From: Octopus vulgaris
Taxonomy: Eukaryota
Assembly (NCBI GenBank): GCA_951406725.2
Contig: OX597816.1
Span: 177,506,001 to 177,570,000 of the forward strand
Length of the DNA: 64,000 nucleotides
Direction of reading: 5' to 3'
The stretch's first letter is position 1, and each line of letters starts with the position of its first letter. Below are positions 56,374-64,000 of this stretch, in pieces. The translations under genes were made by a program, and so were the position numbers. The notes beneath the pieces were generated by a model. That model searched no databases and was not told where the DNA came from. It saw nothing but the letters and a program-made list of their open reading frames with translations.

Positions 56374-56414
56374 TATTCTTGACAAGTCATACAATGACGA
56401 AAACCGGTTGAATA
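56374..56414 (+). ncRNA. Minimal type I hammerhead ribozyme, U3:A8 core, downstream of Neptune-like GIY-YIG
   Basis: tattc-TTGACAA-gtcat-aca-atgac-GAAA-accgg-TT-gaata. Confidence 0.78.
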
Positions 56415-56504
56415 AATATATATTTATATATTTTATCAATTTCTCATTTTATTAAAATTTTCTTTCATTTGAGCATTCTGCATTTTAAAAAATTTTTTCC
56501 TTAC

Positions 56505-56554
<50 letters not shown>

Positions 56555-56574
56555 TGTATATATATATATGTGTG

Positions 56575-56621
<47 letters not shown>

Positions 56622-56931
56622 AACTGAACTGTTGAAGTGGACGGACGTCTATTTGTTTCTCTCCCAAGTCAGTAGCAAGCTACACAGCTTCAAAACTTAA
56701 CTGACCTATTTGTAACCACGTGTTTGCCTACAAACCCGTAAGTACGTTTTCATTTAACTACAAATTGTTATATACACCTGTTTTTCTTTTAATATCCTCA
56801 AACAACCAAATAATCAAAAACTCACACCCTTAAGAGAGAACATTTATATATATATACACTTCTTTAACTCCCAAGAAAGAATATATATATTTTCAAAAAT
56901 CAAAAGGAAAACAAACAAAAGAAAAACAAAC

Positions 56932-58035
56932 ATGACTAACTTGCAGGCCTGCAACAGACGAAATTGGTCTGATAACGAAATTGATGTTTTAATAAACACT
57001 TGGTTCTCTCTTTCCCAAACAGAAAATCTAAATGTTTTGTGTTTGAATGAGATTGCCGAAAAAACATCACAAGTGGTCAACACACGATCCGTCAAACAGA
57101 TTCGTAGCAAACTGAAACATATCGAAGTATCTTTCAAACTGACAAAAGGCCATTATGAAAAGCTTCTTCATATTTTCACAGTTCAAGAACAGCAACAGCT
57201 AGAAAATCAGCAGCCACAACAACAACAACAACAGAATGAGCCACTCCTGGTTCCCAGCACAATGGCTGACCCTAACATCGGTCAAGCACAACAACAACAA
57301 CAACAGCCACAGCAACAAGAACAACAACAGCCACTCCTCAACTCTAGCTTACTAGATGATTCACTAAATGCCAGTATCTTTTCACCACAATTATCATCAT
57401 CATCATCACCACCGCTGCCACCATCGTCTTCTATCACCAAAAATACCAACAAAAAACCAAATAAGAAACCACTGCCCTCTTCCCCCACATCACCACCTCA
57501 ATACTACTGCAGTAACAAAAACTTAAAGAAACATAGGAAGCAGAATGCGCCCCCCACGGCACAAACAAGAAATCCCAAAATATGCCGCTATTCACTGCGC
57601 CAGAGACTCTGCACAAATAGTGACTGCATCTTCACGCATCTACCCGGCACTAGACGCACTACCGGTCAAGGCCAAAGCACGCATCCCACAATAACATCAA
57701 CACCACCAAATAGTAAATCGAAATTCAAAACACACACAACTCGGAGTCCCAAAATCTGCCGGTATTCCCAACGTGAGAGAACATGTCTGCTGAGTGACTG
57801 TCCCTTCACTCATCTTCCAGGGACCCGACGCACAAACAGAAACGGGGCTTCAAGCCAACACACAAACCTGAATAAAAATAAAAATAGAAACACACCATGC
57901 TGCAGTAATGCTGGTCCAGTCTTTTCAGGAAGACACAAAAACAGCAACAACAAAAGTGGAAACTACAACCCTATCCAACAGTGCAACCACACCTCCAGCC
58001 AAAAACTGCTCCCTAAGCAGGAAAATTCTTTTTAG
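56932..58035 (+). CDS. LINE ORF1 protein, 367 aa: Myb/SANT-like N-terminus, polyQ/Ser-Pro linker, two C-x8-C-x4-C-x3-H zinc fingers
   Basis: The ORF is intact. WSDNEIDVLINTW...RSVKQIRSKLKHI resembles the Myb/SANT-like (trihelix) pattern. Fingers are CRYSLRQRLCTNSDCIFTH (57583-57639) and CRYSQRERTCLLSDCPFTH (57757-57813). It lies directly upstream of APE-RT. Confidence 0.85.
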   Translation: MTNLQACNRRNWSDNEIDVLINTWFSLSQTENLNVLCLNEIAEKTSQVVNTRSVKQIRSKLKHIEVSFKLTKGHYEKLLHIFTVQEQQQLENQQPQQQQQQNEPLLVPSTMADPNIGQAQQQQQQPQQQEQQQPLLNSSLLDDSLNASIFSPQLSSSSSPPLPPSSSITKNTNKKPNKKPLPSSPTSPPQYYCSNKNLKKHRKQNAPPTAQTRNPKICRYSLRQRLCTNSDCIFTHLPGTRRTTGQGQSTHPTITSTPPNSKSKFKTHTTRSPKICRYSQRERTCLLSDCPFTHLPGTRRTNRNGASSQHTNLNKNKNRNTPCCSNAGPVFSGRHKNSNNKSGNYNPIQQCNHTSSQKLLPKQENSF

Positions 58036-61000
58036 CCATGTTGAACATGGCAAAAGAGATACACAAAAAATTCTAGCCATCACTCAACACCACCCTATGC
58101 TATTACCCCAGTGCACCAATTCCCCCACCTTGCTGCCACTAACACACACAAAAAATCCAAGCCCCCTGCAACAGTCAAAACCAGCCACTACACTAACCTC
58201 CACATTCCTACTCAATGCACAAGGTGTCAGCCCTTCCATCAATGCACAAAAATGGAAGGTCCAATTCATTGAAGACTGGGTTGGTAACCATTCACACCAC
58301 ATCCCTTTCTTCATTCTCACTGAGACCCACCTTGACAACTCCCACTTGGAAGCCGAAGTGAGAGTGAAGAATTTCACAACCATCCGCGCGGATCGTATCG
58401 GCAGGAGGAAGGGTGGAACTGCCATTTTCCTGCATGATTCATTTACGGCAGATGGAAATAGTATATTCTCCAACGGCTACCGTGAATCAGTCACCGTGCA
58501 CAACAAAGCCAATGACCTGACAGTAATTGGGCTCTATAGGCCGCCCCAAACACCCATACTGTGCTTTAAAGAATGCCTCAACAGCATTAAGTGCTTTATT
58601 CAACAGTGCCATTCTAGCAACATACTCAGATGGGAGACTTCAATCTACCCTGTGTTGACTGGACTACAAACTGTTTGAAACCAAGCACTCCCACCTCAAC
58701 CGCTGACAAAGAAGCAGCAGAGTCACTTTTCGACTTTACGAATGAGTTTTTCTTGTCCCAACTTGTCCTTGCACCAACAAGACATCAGAACATTTTGGAC
58801 CTAGTGTTTAGTAACCACACTAACACTATACATAACGTTACAGTGGAAAAAACCCTTCTTTCAGACCATGACATGGTTCTCTGTAACATGAAATTCCACC
58901 AGCCGAAAGCTAATCCTAGTGACCTCCCTACAGCCCACCCATTTGACAACATGGATCTCCATAATGCCAACTGGGATGCAATCAGGAACGAGCTATCACA
59001 TGTTGACTGGTCCTTTACACATACACACATCTCCACCAACCATAAAACATCTTGGCAGATCTTTGTAGACACCGTCACAGACATGTGCAAAACACTCCCC
59101 ACCAAGACCTGTGAACAAAAAGTGCAGAATCCCCCAAAACAGAAAAACCATTATCAGAAAAATAAAAAGAACAAACAAAAAAATTAACAAACTAAAGTAC
59201 TGCCAACAGCAACACACACGTTCGACGGCTATCGCACTGCTTGAATCCAAAAAATATAACCTCCAACAATGCATGAAGACCCTCATCAATAACCAAAGAT
59301 CAGCTGAGGAGAAGTGGGCCATTGAAAAAATCAAACTCAACCCCAAAGTGTTCTTTTCATTTGCGAGGAAACGCAGGGTCACTGTCTCCACTGTTGGCCC
59401 TCTAATTGACGAAACTGGCACTCTCCAAGATAATGCCAAATCCATGGCCGAGATACTGCAGAAACAATACTGCTCTGTTTTCAGCAATCCTGATATGGCC
59501 GATCTGGGCTGTATCAGTGATGTCAACCCCCAACACACTATATCGGACATAACGTTTAGTGCCCCTGATGTCTTAGCGGCGATAAACAAAATAAAACACA
59601 ATTCAGCAGTAGGCCCCGATAGGTTCCCTGCTTGTGTCCTGAAGATGTGTCGACACCAACTTGCATCTCCCCATGCTAATCTGTGGAGAAACTCACTGGA
59701 TGCTGGCTATATTCCAAAAAACCTTCTGTCCCAGTCTGTTGTCCCAGTTTTCAAAAAGGGAAACAAGTCCCTTGCAGTGAACTACCGTCCGATCTCACTC
59801 ACCTCTCATATCATCAAGGTATTTGAGAGGGTGGTGAGATCTCGAATAACCCAATTTCTGGAAAGCAACAGACGGCTGATCTCCAACCAACATGGGTTCT
59901 GTAATGGAAGGGACTGCCTAACGCAGCTCCTGCATCACTTTGATGACATTTTGAGAGCTTTGGGAGAGGGCTCCAACACCGATGTCATCTACCTTGATTT
60001 CAGTAAGGCCTTCGACAGGGTCGATCACAAGATCCTATTGAAAAAACTATCCAACATTGGTGTCTCTGGAAAGTTACTGAAATGGATCAAGTGTTTCCTT
60101 ACAGACAGATCTCAACATGTTGTAGTTGAAGGGGTAAAATCAAGCCCAGCCAAAGTCAGTAGTGGCGTTCCGCAAGGCACTGTGCTGGGCCCACTTCTTT
60201 TCATCATTTACATTAATGACATTAATGACATCATCAAGCACAGCAACATAAAAATTCTTGCAGATGATTCCAAGCTACAAAAGGTCATAAATGAGGCAAG
60301 TGACCGGACATGCCTTCAGTCAGATCTACTGGCTGTTATCCAATGGGCAGAAAAAAACAATATGCTGCTGAACGAGGATAAATTCGAGTTAATCCACTTT
60401 GGAAAAGAGGATGCCCTGAAACTCCCATACTCCCTTCCTTCAGGTGAAACTCTCGCGGCGTCCAACAACGCACACACGCACACTTGGGAGTAATTGTGGA
60501 CAACAACATAAGCTGGGCCACTCATATAAACACCAAAGTTGACATGGCCCGCAGAATGTGTTCCTGGATTCTCAGAACTTTCCAGTCGAGAGATATCCAC
60601 ACCATAATCTTTCTCTTCTCCACTTTTGCCCGACCCCACCTTGAATACTGTTGTCCACTGTGGTCTCCCCACACAATACAAGGTATCATAAAAGTTGAAG
60701 CACCTCAAAGGGCAATCACAAAAAAGATAGATGGCATGACAGGCCTCGACTATTGGGGTCGACTAGAAAAGCTAAAACTTTATTCTCTCCAACGTCGTCG
60801 TGAGCGCTACATCATCTGCATGATGTGGAAAATATTCCATCAGCATTGCCCAAATGATGTTGGCATCACCTTTAAGGTACATCCAAGGCTTGGGCCCCGT
60901 GCCATCCGCCCAAAACAAAAATCGCACTCTCATCTCATAACAACAATACGGCACAATTATTTCACCTCAATTGGCCCCGCTTTCTTTAACATTACACCAA

Positions 61001-61149
61001 AACACATTAAAACAGAAACTGACCCTATAGGGTTCAAGAAGTCTTTGGACAGATTCCTTCAAGAAATCCCGGATAAACCCCCTACACCCGGATATGTCTC
61101 TGTAAACAATAACTCTCTACTTGAGTGGGCCATAGTGCCCAAATTCTGA
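57908..61149 (+). pseudogene. LINE ORF2 (apurinic-like endonuclease + reverse transcriptase), broken by about 3 frameshifts
   Basis: APE motifs: NAQG, LTETHL, RADR..RKGGT, GLYRPP, GDFNLP, NILDLVF, LSDH. RT motifs: NYRPISLTS, YLDFSKAFDRVDH, SGVPQGTVLGPLLF, LADD. C-terminal RPHLEYCCPLWSP and SLQRRRERY. Frame changes occur near 58630, 59090-59110 and 60480. Confidence 0.92.
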
Positions 61150-62051
61150 CTTGAAAGACTTCACCAGATGGTGCTATTAAGTTAGACATGGCCTGGGCCA
61201 ATAATGGCCGAAACCTATCAAAGTATCAAAGTATCAAAGTATATATACGTAAAATCTTTTCGCGCAGTATCTGTTGATGCCAACATGTTTTTTGAATGTG
61301 TATTAGTGTGTGTATGGGTGGATGTGTATGCACGTGTGTTGATGTGTGTGCGTGTGTATATGTGTGCCTATGTATGTTTATATGTTTATAGAAAATATCA
61401 CCATATGCTTATATTCGTATACGCATAATATACTTAGATAAAAGCACGTAATTAAACATGTGCAAAACACAGAGATACACACACACATACAGATATTTTT
61501 ACTGGTTACTGTCAATGTATTGAGCCCATACAGGAGTACGCATCACCTTAAAGCATATAGCGATTCCATATTGACCTACATACATACATGCATGCATACA
61601 TACATGCATGCATACATACATACGTACTGACAGAAATACATACATACATGCATGCATACATAACATGTATTTATACATACATGCATGCATACATACATGC
61701 ATGCATACATACATGTATACATACATACATGCATACATACATGTATACATATATACATCCATGCATGCATACATGTATACTTACATACATGCATACGTAC
61801 ACGTACACACACACACATATATACAGTATAAATATACGCATATATTGTATATGTATGCGTGTGTGTGTGTGTGTGTGTGTGTATATACACACCGCTTATA
61901 ATTGTTTAGCACGTAGCGAAACTCGAGGACTTCATGTCACTCCTACAGCAACCTCGACTAACATATTCTGTATACGTCTGATTGAAACTGTTGGTACATA
62001 TACACTCACATGCGCGTAAGGAGGGTGTAGTTTCCATTTATATATATGTAC

Positions 62052-62128
<77 letters not shown>

Positions 62129-62169
62129 TGTGTGTCTGTGTGTCTGTGTGTGTGTATACATATATATAT

Positions 62170-62216
<47 letters not shown>

Positions 62217-62854
62217 TATTTATATAATTTTACATGTGTGCGTCTGCGTGTGCGTGAATGTGTGTTCTGTATACGTGTGTTATTATGTAGTTTCGTATGG
62301 AATTCGTAGTCATTGCCGTTATCGCCGCACACGAAAAGACAAAAAAGAATATAGAAAGAAAGAAAAGAAGAAAAATTAGAAAGATATAAATAAATGAATT
62401 AACAACACATACGAGTAGAGTAAGGTTTGAAAGTGTTTTTGCATGTCAAATTTAGTTGAATGGAAAGTGGGCCGGTTTGGTGATAAAGATCGCAGCAATC
62501 CGGGTCGGTCTCTCCATGTTGGCTGCCAGACACTGGAGCACTCACGGTATAATTTTCTTATCTAAAGCATCTAAGCATCTTAGTTCTTGCTGGGATTTAT
62601 TTGGGGTTTTTTTTTTCCATTTTCTTTTTTGGCTTTGCATCCATGTTTTTAATTTTCTGTATATATTTGCTTTTTCTTTCTTTCTTTCTGGCTTTTCGTC
62701 TTTTTTTTTTCTCTCGTAATCTTACTAAGATAAAGAAAATAATTCAAACTACCTGGACCTAAATGAGGGCGATAAATATTTGAAATAAATATATAAATTT
62801 ACTTTTGAGTAGAAGCAAATTCACTGTATAGCAATGTAGGCAGAAAAGCAGAAT

Positions 62855-63100
62855 GCGGCGATTCGGCAGAATAAGTAGAATGTTTGAGATAAAAGCCGCG
62901 CAGTATCTGTCACGATTCTCTGCTCGATGAGTTCAAATTCCGCAGTGGTCAACTTTGACTTTCATTCTTTCGGATTCGATAAAAGAAGAAGCAATTCAAG
63001 ACGTCTGGATGGATGCCTTGAGGTATCTCTTCACATTTTATCTGCTCTCTGAGTTCAAATCTCACCGAAGTCCCCTTTGCCTTCCATCCTTTCGGGGTTG
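62855..63100 (+). mobile_element. Two partial SINE family B copies
   Basis: gagttcaaat..ctttcattctttcgg and gagttcaaat..ccttccatcctttcgggg. Confidence 0.7.
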
Positions 63101-63154
63101 AAGTTTGTTTCCCAACTACGTTTTCAGGTTCAATCTCAACTTGAGTAAATTCTG

Positions 63155-63730
63155 GTCGCATGCATGGCTGGTTGGTAAGAAGTTTACTTCTCAACCACAT
63201 GCTTTCGGGTTCAGTTCCACTGGGTGACACTTTGGGCCTGTGTCTTCTAGGCGCACGCATACCAGTGGGAAAAGCAGTTTTCCTTCTAACCCCAAGGTTT
63301 TGGGTTCAGTCTCACTGCGTGGCACTTTGGGCAAGTGTATACTAGGCGCAAGGATAGCTGTGACCTAAGAAATTTGAATCTCAACCACTTGAATTCGGGT
63401 TCAATCCCACTGCGTGGCACCTTATGCCAGTGTCTTCTACTATAGCTCCAAGCTGACCAAATTCTCGTGAGTGGATTTGGTTGGTGGAAAATGAAAGAAA
63501 GCCGTCGTATATACACATGTGTATATGTATGTGTGTGTGTGTTTGTGTCTATCCTCCAACCGCTTGACAACCGGTATTGGTTTGTTTAAGGCCCTTTAAC
63601 CTAGCATTTGGGCATAATGAATCGATAGAATAAGTACTAGACTTTGAAAGTAAGGACCGAGATCGATTTGTTTGATTAAAACCATTAGTAGTGCCACAGC
63701 ATGGCTGCAGTCCAATGTGACAGATAAAAA
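63155..63730 (+). mobile_element. SINE family A with tandemly repeated tRNA-like heads
   Basis: The head unit ..aaccac..gggttcagt..cactg..cactttgggc..gtgt occurs at about 63157, 63250 and 63344, followed by one body and tail. Confidence 0.8.
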
Positions 63731-64000
63731 AGCATTCTTGGGAATAAGATTATGGGAACTGAAAAAAAACCATCATTGAATCGGATTCCTAGGGGTTTAC
63801 TGCTGTTTGAGTTTCCAGTTCGAACCCCACCATAGCCTAGTTTTGCGAGGCGGGCTTAATCCGTCACCAAATCAAACACCACCACCTGATACTGGTTGAC
63901 TTTACGGAATTCATTTTCTGCTTTCTTTCTGTATAAATACTTGGACCAGGTTCCAGTTTGAAGATATTTACACCCTTTCCATGCCTCACACTCGGAGGCC

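Larger units (their letters stand above)
56619..61241 (+). mobile_element. Near full-length CR1/L2-group non-LTR retrotransposon (5'UTR, ORF1, APE-RT ORF2 with frameshifts, short 3'UTR, (AAGTATCA)n tail), inserted in (TA)n
   Basis: ORF1 and ORF2 motifs as listed below. The 3' end is a tandem 8-mer tail (ctatcaaagtatcaaagtatcaaagt, 61215-61240). TA repeats flank both sides. Confidence 0.93.

Noticed and set aside
58021-58075. Programmed -1 frameshift at the ORF1 stop (TCTTTTTAG)
   Set aside because: It is not a canonical slippery heptamer, and the downstream ORF2 frame is +1 while the -1 frame closes within about 15 codons.

Overview
This is AT-rich, repeat-dense eukaryotic DNA. The SINE families and the very high (TA)n/(CA)n/(TAA)n/(TATG)n load suggest an octopus (cephalopod) genome; that is an inference, not a database match. 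I found no confident host protein-coding gene, and most listed ORFs are translations of microsatellites. The window is a nest of mobile elements. It holds a near full-length CR1/L2-group LINE (56619-61241) whose ORF1 has a Myb/SANT-like N-terminus, polyQ and two CCCH zinc fingers. It also holds several (TAA)n-targeted R4/Dong retrotransposon pieces, Penelope-like element (PLE) RT and GIY-YIG fragments of two types, and degenerate L1/Tx1 pieces. Non-autonomous Helitrons, Tigger and Tc1/mariner remnants, a long-TIR MITE with an 8-bp TSD and a telomere-like core, and two abundant tRNA-derived SINE families are present too. The most notable signal is at the RNA level: at least 8 recognisable type I hammerhead ribozymes, two with the compensatory U3:A8 core and two further copies with a shared unusual core. 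Several lie in small, terminally redundant, non-coding units embedded in (TA)n that resemble retrozymes. A shared 3' hairpin motif also links SINE family A to the CR1-group LINEs.
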